Below are positions 1 to 8,281 of a stretch of DNA of 40,985 nucleotides, piece by piece. The position numbers and the translations under genes were made by a program. Within the stretch, counting starts at the first letter, position 1. Each line of letters starts with the position of its first letter. Source of the stretch: Acetofilamentum sp. (GTDB taxonomy: Bacteria; Bacteroidota; Bacteroidia; Bacteroidales; JAFGUD01); contig DYKL01000003.1 of assembly GCA_020722645.1 (NCBI GenBank), forward strand, positions 1-40,985, in the 5' to 3' direction. The notes under the pieces are model-generated. The model did not search any database. It saw only the letters and a program-made list of their open reading frames with translations, and was not told the origin of the DNA.

Positions 1-3
1 TTT

Positions 4-152
4 TCCTTAAATCTGTAAGTCTATACTTATATATCTGAAATTCAGTCAGGTGAAATACTTACAGTACAGGCACCTGACTGGTGCAAACTACATGTTGCAG
101 GTGTTTTCACCTGCAACCACTTACGAAAAGACTTGCGGATTTAAGGTTTTTT
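4..152 (+). ncRNA. Candidate structured small RNA or 3'-UTR element ending in an intrinsic terminator (family not recognised)
   Basis: A 17-bp closing helix pairs 5-21 with 130-146; its two G.U pairs (14:137, 16:135) would be A.C mismatches on the other strand. There are two perfect 10-bp hairpins: 43-52/71-80 (18-nt loop) and 94-103/108-117 (UUUU loop). A T6 run follows at 147-152. No ORF. The 5' side may continue beyond the window. Confidence 0.4.
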
Positions 153-1356
153 AAAAAATGTAAATCACAATGTTTATATCAGTATAGTCAAGATTAAATT
201 TTTCTGCGACTGTTTTGTTTGTTGTTATTCCTTTAAGCATATATACAGCATTTCTGCAACTGACATTATTCAGAATAAAAGGAATTATCCCTCCGCATTT
301 TGTAATATCAGCCAGATATGGAGTAAGAAGGTTGCTGATTGCAACTGAAGATGTTCTTGAAACTCTTGATGCAATATTCGGAACACAATAATGAATTACT
401 CCTTCTTTTACAAAAGTAGGGTTCTTGAAACTTGTTATCTTTGATGATTCGATAACTGAACCAGTATCTACTTTTAAATCAATAATAACAGCCCCTTGTT
501 TCATCAGATTCAACATTTCATTTGTAATAATAAAATCATCGTTAATTCCTTTTTCGAGAGTATTAATTAAAACATCGGCATTTATTAAAGCTCTGTGAAG
601 TGATTGGTTTGAAAGTGTTGATGTATAAAGGTGTTGACCGAAAAAGTCGTGCAGTTTAATCAGTTTTTTTATAGAATTGTCGAATACTTTAACATTGGCG
701 CCCAAGCCCATAGCTATTTTTACTGCATACTGTGAGCAAATTTCTGATCCGAGAATTATAATCTCAGAGGGTTCAATGCCGGATATACCACCAAGCATGT
801 TTCCGTTACCTCCGTTTGTATTGCTCATAATTTCTGCCGCAATCATAACAGATGAACTGCCAATTATTTCTCCAATTATGTGCAAAAATGGGTTAAACCC
901 CTGATTGTCCAAGAAAAATTCAAAAGCTAATGCTGTTGTTTTTTTTTCTTTTAATTTTTTTAAATTTTTTTCGTTTTGAGTAAAAAGATTGATAGCCGAA
1001 AAAATAATTTTATCTTGTCCTAAAAAATCAATCTCTTTTTCTGATAAAGGCGATATTTTGATTATAATATCGCTTTGGCTGAATATATCTTTGTGGCTTT
1101 GTGATATTGTTGCACCATTTTCGGAATAATCAAAATCAGAGAAATTTGCACCTACACCGGCATTTTTTTCTATCAGAATTTTATAGCCCATTTTAGTCAA
1201 AATTCTTACACTTTCAGGGGTAAATGCAATTCGTTTTTCTTCGGGATTAATTTCGCAGGGTATGCCAATTGTATATTTTTTGTTGAAAGTTAAATCTTTA
1301 ATTGGCTGTAATTGTGTTTTTATAACATTTTTAGATATTGTTTTTTCTGTAATCAT
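151..1356 (-). CDS. Alanine dehydrogenase / PNT-family protein (divergent)
   Basis: 401-aa ORF. The N-terminus IGIPCEINPEEKRIAFTPESVRIL resembles the AlaDH/PNT N-terminal signature. The central segment IIILGSEICSQYAVKIAMGLGANVKVFD aligns to the Rossmann segment, but the GxGxxG motif is eroded. Confidence 0.7.
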   Translation of the reverse strand: MITEKTISKNVIKTQLQPIKDLTFNKKYTIGIPCEINPEEKRIAFTPESVRILTKMGYKILIEKNAGVGANFSDFDYSENGATISQSHKDIFSQSDIIIKISPLSEKEIDFLGQDKIIFSAINLFTQNEKNLKKLKEKKTTALAFEFFLDNQGFNPFLHIIGEIIGSSSVMIAAEIMSNTNGGNGNMLGGISGIEPSEIIILGSEICSQYAVKIAMGLGANVKVFDNSIKKLIKLHDFFGQHLYTSTLSNQSLHRALINADVLINTLEKGINDDFIITNEMLNLMKQGAVIIDLKVDTGSVIESSKITSFKNPTFVKEGVIHYCVPNIASRVSRTSSVAISNLLTPYLADITKCGGIIPFILNNVSCRNAVYMLKGITTNKTVAEKFNLDYTDINIVIYIF

Positions 1357-1438
1357 AGTTTAACTTATGTTGGATTGTTGTTTTGTTAATTAAAGAAAAT
1401 TTCGGATAAAAGTAATACAAATTGTTGAAAATAAAAAA

Positions 1439-2884
1439 TCAATTTTCATAGCCTTTCAAAAGTCTGATAATCATCTTTATGTTAATTATTTTGAATAAAA
1501 ATGCACATATAAAACCCCATATTATTATTAGAGAAAAACCTATTTTCCAATCTGTTTCGATTTTTCTGATTAAAAAAGTCGATATAATGAATAAAATTAA
1601 AAACAGTGCAATTGAAAAAGTTTTTTTTTGTGAAAATTTTATTTTTAAAAGGCGAAAACTGAAAAATAACTGTAAAACTGCTGTAAATAATTGAGTTGAT
1701 ATTGCGGCAACTGCTGCTCCCTGTGCTTTTAATGGAGGAATAAGAGTTAAATTCAATACAATATTTATTATAACGGCTCCTGCAGCAATATAATTTAGTT
1801 TTTTCAAATTGCCGTTTGCTGTTAATAATGTCCCGAAAATATAATTTGAAGAAATTGGTATAAATGTAATTATCAGAATTGAGAAAACTTTTGATGACAC
1901 TCCGTAAGTGTCGTGATATAACAGTTCTATGATTTCATTACTGTATAAAACAGATGAAACTACAAAAATAATAGAGGGAGTAATCAGCAAAAAGAATGAA
2001 AATTCTACTAAATCGTCTATTTTTTGCTTTTTAAAAATCATTCGTGAGAAAATTGGCAGAAGTAAAGCTGCGAAAAGAAGTGAAAATTGAGACAAAGCAT
2101 CTAACAATCTGAAAGATTGTGCATATATTCCTGCTTGTAATTTGCCATCAGGCAGTAGCCTTTCAATTAAAATCGCATCAAAACGGCTGTGTATAGACAT
2201 CAGGAAAACTAAAATTGCATAAGGGTATGTTTGTTTAAGCGTTGATAGCAAAAAAGGTTTGTTAATTCTGAATTTAAAAGTTTCTGAATGATGAAGTACA
2301 ATAAAAAATGATACAAAGGCTGTTATAAAGTAAGCAATTGTTTGGCTGTATATAAATACGGAAATGTTTAATTTTATATTTAAAAAATTATTCCACAATA
2401 TTACCGACATTATTGCAATCATCAAAAACCTATCTAATACAGAAATCATACTGTCTGTCTTAAAAAAATGCAAAGCGGAAATATTTGACCTTAAATATAA
2501 AATAAGTGATAGTAAAAATTGATTTAAAATAAGGAAAATAAGCAGTTTGAACTGCATTAAGTCATAACCGGCAATAAAACCTGCTGTAAGAGTGATTGCA
2601 GTATAAATTATTGCAAGCATTGTCTTTAAAACAACAATATTTGAAAAATATTTGGATAATAATTGTTTATGCTGAGCTATGTTGCGGTTGTTGAAATTTG
2701 TCAACCCCAAATCCAACAGTATATTAAAAAGTATTGAAAGATTGAACAGCGTAAAATAAATTCCATAATCAGCCGAACCGATTTTGTTTTGAACAACACG
2801 GTCAATTCCCAACACCCAAAAAGGTTTGACAAGCAGATTTAATGTGATGAGAAATAACAGATTAACAAAAAAATTCTTTTTCAA
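1439..2884 (-). CDS. Polysaccharide/oligosaccharide flippase (Wzx-like, MOP superfamily)
   Basis: 481-aa polytopic membrane protein with about 12-14 hydrophobic segments. Size and N-terminus (VKPFWVLGIDRVVQN) are typical of polysaccharide biosynthesis flippases. Apparent TTG start. Confidence 0.7.
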   Translation of the reverse strand: MKKNFFVNLLFLITLNLLVKPFWVLGIDRVVQNKIGSADYGIYFTLFNLSILFNILLDLGLTNFNNRNIAQHKQLLSKYFSNIVVLKTMLAIIYTAITLTAGFIAGYDLMQFKLLIFLILNQFLLSLILYLRSNISALHFFKTDSMISVLDRFLMIAIMSVILWNNFLNIKLNISVFIYSQTIAYFITAFVSFFIVLHHSETFKFRINKPFLLSTLKQTYPYAILVFLMSIHSRFDAILIERLLPDGKLQAGIYAQSFRLLDALSQFSLLFAALLLPIFSRMIFKKQKIDDLVEFSFFLLITPSIIFVVSSVLYSNEIIELLYHDTYGVSSKVFSILIITFIPISSNYIFGTLLTANGNLKKLNYIAAGAVIINIVLNLTLIPPLKAQGAAVAAISTQLFTAVLQLFFSFRLLKIKFSQKKTFSIALFLILFIISTFLIRKIETDWKIGFSLIIIWGFICAFLFKIINIKMIIRLLKGYEN

Positions 2885-2939
2885 AACGTCTTATTTCTTG
2901 TTTATGTAAATCTGCAAAATTAATCAAAATAAGAATAGT

Positions 2940-4277
2940 TTACTGAATAATTTTCTTTTTGATTTGTATTGATTTGATAATTATGAAGATAAGTACAAAT
3001 AACGAAATAATTGAAATAATTAATGTTAATTCAAAGTATGCAGGGAAATATTTCAACGTTATCTTGTGGTGTCCTTTTTTAATTAAAAACCCTGTAAATC
3101 CTGTATTTGCCAAAATATATTTTGTGTTTATACCATCTATAAAGATTCTCCAGCCTTTATCATACGGAATAGTGAAAAAAAGCAGTTTGTCTTGTGTAAT
3201 TTCTATTTCGCCCTCTATATGTTTATGTTTGAACGATGTCATTTTAAAGGTTTCTTTTTTAAGGCTGTCTATCATTTTTGAATAAATATCAAAGTTGAAT
3301 TTATCAACAGTTACTAAACTATTTGTGTCTAATATACTTAAATTGTGTTCAAGGTTTTTATCCTCAATGACTACAGCACTAAGTAAAGCCTGTTGTTTTT
3401 TGAATGGTGTTAGTTTTTCAAATGTTTCAATTGGGATATATTTTGAATAAGTGTATCCAAAAGGGACAAAATATTTATTTTCAAGAATTAAAATATTGTT
3501 CATATATCCAATGCTGTCGAAACCGCTGAACATCAGTTTGTTTTCCAAGTTGCGAGTCAAAAAATATTTTACATTGGCAAAAGTCATCAAAAGCGGTATT
3601 CCTCTTACTCCGGTTGCCCATCTGGTTTGACCTTCGTTCCCTTTTTGAATAACTCCCACTTCTTCTAAAAATCGAATATAGTATTTTTGATTGAACGAAC
3701 CATACGAAGGTGTGCTGAAATATCCCTGAGCTTTTGCGTCATTAAGGCTTGAATGCTGCGAGTTTCCGGAAAAATAGTCTTTGTCAATTCTGTAAAACAT
3801 CGTGCTGTCTGTTTGCCTTAGATAATCTACAATTTCTATTGTTCCGTCTTTATATCCCGCCATTGTTCCTTTCATTTCATTGGTCATATAAACATCTCTG
3901 TCGTTTACCGAAAACCATGAGATATAGCTTACTTCCAGAGTAACAATAACAATCAATGCAATTTTTATAAAAGTTCTGTTTTTTTGTGAGTTTATTAAAA
4001 ATAACAATAAAGCATACAACATCAGAAACAAACTTATAATCAATTTCATTTTGAAATTAACCATTGTGTTATTAAAATCAAAATAAGGGAAATGTAAAAT
4101 AATTAACAAAACACCCGTCGAAACTACTATAAATACCGGATTTATTTTTTTGCCTGATGATAATTTATCTAAAGAATACATTGCAAAAAATAAAATTGTA
4201 AACGGTACAAATACATCAATGCTGTTTTTGAAATAATTACCAATAAAAAGATTTACAGCGTGTCTTAGAATTGGCAC
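2940..4277 (-). CDS. YfhO-family membrane protein, C-terminal fragment (frame continues from upstream fragment after a 1-nt shift)
   Basis: 445 aa. The C-terminal FTIPYDKGWRIFIDGINTKYILANTGFTGFLIKKGHHKITLKYFP is the typical YfhO C-terminus. The listed start is a GTG inside an open frame that extends upstream across the T12 tract. Confidence 0.75.
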   Translation of the reverse strand: MPILRHAVNLFIGNYFKNSIDVFVPFTILFFAMYSLDKLSSGKKINPVFIVVSTGVLLIILHFPYFDFNNTMVNFKMKLIISLFLMLYALLLFLINSQKNRTFIKIALIVIVTLEVSYISWFSVNDRDVYMTNEMKGTMAGYKDGTIEIVDYLRQTDSTMFYRIDKDYFSGNSQHSSLNDAKAQGYFSTPSYGSFNQKYYIRFLEEVGVIQKGNEGQTRWATGVRGIPLLMTFANVKYFLTRNLENKLMFSGFDSIGYMNNILILENKYFVPFGYTYSKYIPIETFEKLTPFKKQQALLSAVVIEDKNLEHNLSILDTNSLVTVDKFNFDIYSKMIDSLKKETFKMTSFKHKHIEGEIEITQDKLLFFTIPYDKGWRIFIDGINTKYILANTGFTGFLIKKGHHKITLKYFPAYFELTLIISIISLFVLIFIIIKSIQIKKKIIQ

Positions 4278-4285
4278 ATAAGCGA

Positions 4286-5383
4286 CTAAAAGCCAGAATA
4301 AAAGAAAGATACCGTAAAAAATTTTTTGTTTTTTATTAAAAAAAAAAAAGCATAAGTGAAAATCGAAAGACTTATAATTCCAATGTAAAAAAGAGCGGCT
4401 TCGAGATAATTATACCAACCTTTAAATTCGCTGCCTGAGCCTAAAAGGTCGTTTCCGAAAAATCTTAAAGTTGTTGTAACTCTACGTAAATATGCATCTA
4501 AAATTTCAGGGTTTTGTATCAGAGTTTTAGCCTGATTGACATTTCCGCTTACACGAGGACTTTCGAACATCATCAGGAAATTTGTCAGAGCTCTTGGTGC
4601 ATTTAATGCTACTGCCAAAATTGCAAACCCCGCCATTTTAAAAAATAGTTTATGGTAACCGCCAAATTTTCCGTCATTTGTGTCTAAGTGCCTGATTATA
4701 GAGTACATAAACAGAAAAATACCGTTTACTGCCAAACAGAAAAAATTATCGCTAAGTAAATAAAATGCAATAAAGAAATATATCCATCTTTTTTTCAATA
4801 GTAATTGCTCGAATGAAAAAAACAGAAAAACTGAATATAACAATCGGTGGGCGTGTCCCCATTGAGAGCCTACTATAAGATATCCCGAAAACTGCAGTAA
4901 CAAACCACCTATAATACATGTGAATTTTGAATAATTTAAAGTTTTAAAATATAAAAATCCCAAAATGCCAATCGGTAAAAAATATAAAAAATAATAAATA
5001 AAAAACCTGTAATACCATAAATTGATTCCAAAAATCAACTGCAATATTTGGGTAAAAATTGGAAAAGGATTTAAAGTAATAGAGCTTGAAACACTTTGTC
5101 CCATTCCTGTATAAAAAGTCCATGTTCTAAAAAAACCTTCTGATTTTTGGAGATTTATACCTTGTATGTAATTTGGGAAAGTTATGTTTATAGAATCGCT
5201 TCCAATATCTTGAAAAAAATACAGAAAATTTCCGGTAATAAAATCTTTAAAAACTATATATGAAGCAGTAAATGAAACTAATATAAAAATCCAAAAACCA
5301 TATTTTTCAATAAAATATTCTAATGAGAATTTACTTTGATTTATTTTTTCATTTATAACAATTTTTTTTTGGTTATTCTTCAT
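4286..5383 (-). CDS. YfhO-family membrane protein, N-terminal fragment
   Basis: 365 aa. FFQDIGSDSINITFPNY...WTFYTGMGQS is the typical YfhO N-terminal motif region. The ORF stops 8 nt before the next ORF, in a different frame. Confidence 0.75.
   Translation of the reverse strand: MKNNQKKIVINEKINQSKFSLEYFIEKYGFWIFILVSFTASYIVFKDFITGNFLYFFQDIGSDSINITFPNYIQGINLQKSEGFFRTWTFYTGMGQSVSSSITLNPFPIFTQILQLIFGINLWYYRFFIYYFLYFLPIGILGFLYFKTLNYSKFTCIIGGLLLQFSGYLIVGSQWGHAHRLLYSVFLFFSFEQLLLKKRWIYFFIAFYLLSDNFFCLAVNGIFLFMYSIIRHLDTNDGKFGGYHKLFFKMAGFAILAVALNAPRALTNFLMMFESPRVSGNVNQAKTLIQNPEILDAYLRRVTTTLRFFGNDLLGSGSEFKGWYNYLEAALFYIGIISLSIFTYAFFFLIKNKKFFTVSFFYSGF
4338..4349. repeat. A12/T12 homopolymer at the YfhO frame break
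   Basis: Twelve consecutive A on the + strand (T12 on the coding strand, read as FFFL). Adding one T fuses the two YfhO frames. Confidence 0.95.
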
Positions 5384-5543
5384 TTTTTCTTAATTTTGAA
5401 ATTTTTATATGTTAAAATTTATTATAGTATATAAAAATACAAATTGCTGATAGTTAAAACATTATTAATATTTTCTTTCTTTATTTTGTAATGTTGATTT
5501 GACAAAAGTAAATAAAAAAAAATGATTCAAAAATAAAAACAAA

Positions 5544-8276
5544 TTGAAAAAGACCTACTACATTTTTTTTATAATAATTATTTTTTTATCGTCTTGCAAC
5601 TTAAAAACTAACAAGATAAGTTCTGATGTTTCAAAAATAGACTTATCTGAAAAAGTTTTTGACAAGTATAATGTTTATTCATTAGCCGGCAGATGGAATT
5701 TTTATTGGGATACACTTTTAGAACCCTCTGAACTCAAAAATGTTAATATAAATCCTAAAGTTGTTTATACTCCGGCTTCTTGGGCTGAATATGAAATTGA
5801 TAATAAAAATTTACCAGCTACTGGTATTGCTACATACAATACTCAAATAATTTTGCCGGAAAAAGGCTTCTATGCGATGAAATTTAAAAGAATTTTTTTA
5901 TCCTACAAAGTTTGGATTAACGATTCTATTGCATTGGAAGTCGGTAAAGTATCTTCTGTCAAAAAAGGTTTTATTCCTAATGATTTAACAAAAGAACATA
6001 TTTTTTATACCGATACAAATATTGTTGATTTGACAATTCAGGTGTCAAACCATTTTTATAGAAAATCAGGTATTACAAACAATGTCGTTATTGGAACACC
6101 CGAATCAATAGAAAAATTGGCATATTCGAATCTCCTTTATGAAGTTTTCATTATCGGGGCTCTTGTTTTTATGATGATTTTCTATTTTATCCTCTATTTT
6201 TACAATAAACAAGTTAAATCAAATCTGTTTTTCTCATTATTTCTCTTTTTTGAAATACTGACTCTTGGTTTTGACGGAGAATTGTTTTTTGTCAGAATTT
6301 TTCCCCAGATTAACTGGATTATCGCATCAAAAGCATGGAACATTTCTTCTTTTCTTAGACCTCTGTTTTTATTGCTTTTTATAGAAGGTTTAACAAAAGA
6401 CTATTTTTCGCAGATTATTAAAAAAGTTTCTGTTTATTTTGTAGCTATAATGGCTCTTTTTATAGCTTTTACACCTGTTAAAATATACACACATACATTA
6501 TTACTTTTTATAATTTTTGCTCTCGGTTCTTTGATATACGAAATTTTTGTTACAGCAAAATCAATAAAACAGAACAAAAATATAATTTTTGCAATCTTGG
6601 GGCTGTCATTTATCTTTTTATCAACCATAAATGATACTTTATACGATTATAATATAATCAAAAGCTTTTATTCTGTAGGACTTGGTATTTTCTTGTTTGC
6701 ATTATTGCAGGCATTTCTGCTTTCTGTTAAAAATGCGGAATTATTCGAAAAAGCAGAAAATCTTACAAGTAGTGTTGAAATTCAAAATCGTCTAAAAGAG
6801 GCTCTACTTTCTACTCCTTCTTACGATATTGACAGTTCTTTGTTAGCTTTTGTAGAAAATGTAGGTGTTGAAAAAATTATGGTTTTTTCTATCGAAAACG
6901 AAAAAATATTTATCAGCAATTATGTCAAAAAAGACCAGACAAAACAAAAAGTTAAAATACCCGTTGAGTTTGACCAAAAAAATGAATTGTTTTATACAGA
7001 TTTTGTTAAAAAAGCTTTTTTAAATCACGAAATAACTGTCTTTTCTACTAAGAAAAAAAAGGATACAACAAATGACTATTTTGCTAAGAATAATATTAAA
7101 AATATAATTGTATTACCGCTTTTAGAGAAAGAAAACGTAATCGCAGTCATTTACATAGAAAATAAAATTTCGTACCTTACTAATTCCCAGTTAGCTGTCA
7201 TAAAATCCACTTCCTCGCAGTTTTATAATATTATAAATACTGCTGTTGCTTATATAAGGCTTAAAGCAGTTAATGAATATCTCGAAAAAGAAGTAAATAT
7301 AAGAACTGCCGAAGTCGAAAAACAAAAACACGATATTGATCATAAAAATCAAGAATTGGACGAAAAAATTCAGTTGCTCGAAGAACAATATATAATCCAG
7401 CAGGAAATTAACAGCGAACTTGAAACCCAAAACTTAGAGCTTGAAACTCAAAACGAACAAATAAGCGAACAAAACGAAGAAATCATTCAGCAAAAAGAAC
7501 AATTAGAAAAACACAATAAGTTAATTTCCGAGAATATTGAATATGCAAGCACAATTCTTAAAGGTTTGAATCAGACTGAAGTTGAAATTCCGTTTAGTAG
7601 CTCATTTTATTTAAGTTTGCCCAGAGACATAGTAAGCGGAGATTTTTTTTGGAGCAAACTTATCGGAAATAAATTCGTTTTTATCCTTGGTGATAGTACC
7701 GGACACGGCGTGCCTGGTGCTTTATTGAGCATTTTGGGTATTCGTCTGTTGAATAAAATTATCGCTGACCTTTTCGAAAAAGACTCTGATACCTTACCAT
7801 CTGCTATTCTGGATAATCTTAGGGATACGGTCAAAAAGCAACTTTCAGACGAAAACTCAGAAATGAAAGACGGATATGATATGTCTTGTTGCATTTATGA
7901 TACAAAATCTATGGAACTTTTATACTCTGGTGCATATAATCCTGTCTTTATTATTCGCGATAATAATATTATTCAACTAAAACCAGATAGAATGCCAATT
8001 GGCATTTATATTACAGGTTTTGAAAAACCTTTTTCACATCAAAAAATTCAGATTTTGCAAAAAGACAGAATTTATCTGTTTACTGACGGATTTATTGACC
8101 AATTTGGTGAAAAAACTGGCGAAAAAATATATATGACTAATTTTAAAAAAATTTTAATTGAAATGCAAAATCAGAATTTATCGGATCAAAAGAAATTGTT
8201 GGAAAATTTTTTTGCTGGTTGGAAAGGTAAAAAACCGCAAATCGACGATGTTAGTGTTGTCGGTTTTGAAGTTTAA
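5544..8276 (+). CDS. 7TMR-DISM sensor lipoprotein with GAF-like region, coiled coil and C-terminal SpoIIE/PP2C phosphatase domain (paralog 1, canonical motifs)
   Basis: 910 aa with a TTG start. Lipobox FLSSC. Extracellular GRWNFYWDTLLEP motif (7TMR-DISMED2-like). Seven hydrophobic helices at about aa 195-395. PP2C motifs are SGDFFW, GDSTGHGVPGALLS (7692-7712), TDGFIDQFG and IDDVSVVGFEV. Confidence 0.85.
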   Translation: MKKTYYIFFIIIIFLSSCNLKTNKISSDVSKIDLSEKVFDKYNVYSLAGRWNFYWDTLLEPSELKNVNINPKVVYTPASWAEYEIDNKNLPATGIATYNTQIILPEKGFYAMKFKRIFLSYKVWINDSIALEVGKVSSVKKGFIPNDLTKEHIFYTDTNIVDLTIQVSNHFYRKSGITNNVVIGTPESIEKLAYSNLLYEVFIIGALVFMMIFYFILYFYNKQVKSNLFFSLFLFFEILTLGFDGELFFVRIFPQINWIIASKAWNISSFLRPLFLLLFIEGLTKDYFSQIIKKVSVYFVAIMALFIAFTPVKIYTHTLLLFIIFALGSLIYEIFVTAKSIKQNKNIIFAILGLSFIFLSTINDTLYDYNIIKSFYSVGLGIFLFALLQAFLLSVKNAELFEKAENLTSSVEIQNRLKEALLSTPSYDIDSSLLAFVENVGVEKIMVFSIENEKIFISNYVKKDQTKQKVKIPVEFDQKNELFYTDFVKKAFLNHEITVFSTKKKKDTTNDYFAKNNIKNIIVLPLLEKENVIAVIYIENKISYLTNSQLAVIKSTSSQFYNIINTAVAYIRLKAVNEYLEKEVNIRTAEVEKQKHDIDHKNQELDEKIQLLEEQYIIQQEINSELETQNLELETQNEQISEQNEEIIQQKEQLEKHNKLISENIEYASTILKGLNQTEVEIPFSSSFYLSLPRDIVSGDFFWSKLIGNKFVFILGDSTGHGVPGALLSILGIRLLNKIIADLFEKDSDTLPSAILDNLRDTVKKQLSDENSEMKDGYDMSCCIYDTKSMELLYSGAYNPVFIIRDNNIIQLKPDRMPIGIYITGFEKPFSHQKIQILQKDRIYLFTDGFIDQFGEKTGEKIYMTNFKKILIEMQNQNLSDQKKLLENFFAGWKGKKPQIDDVSVVGFEV

Positions 8277-8281
8277 TTTCA

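Noticed and set aside
1-152. Assigning the left-edge structure to SRP RNA, 6S RNA, a tRNA or a riboswitch, or calling it the terminator of the AlaDH-like gene
   Set aside because: There is no SRP GGAA/AGCA domain IV motif, no cloverleaf, and no single extended 6S-type helix. On the minus strand the closing helix gains two A.C mismatches and is followed by A rather than U residues, so it is not a convincing terminator for the minus-strand gene.
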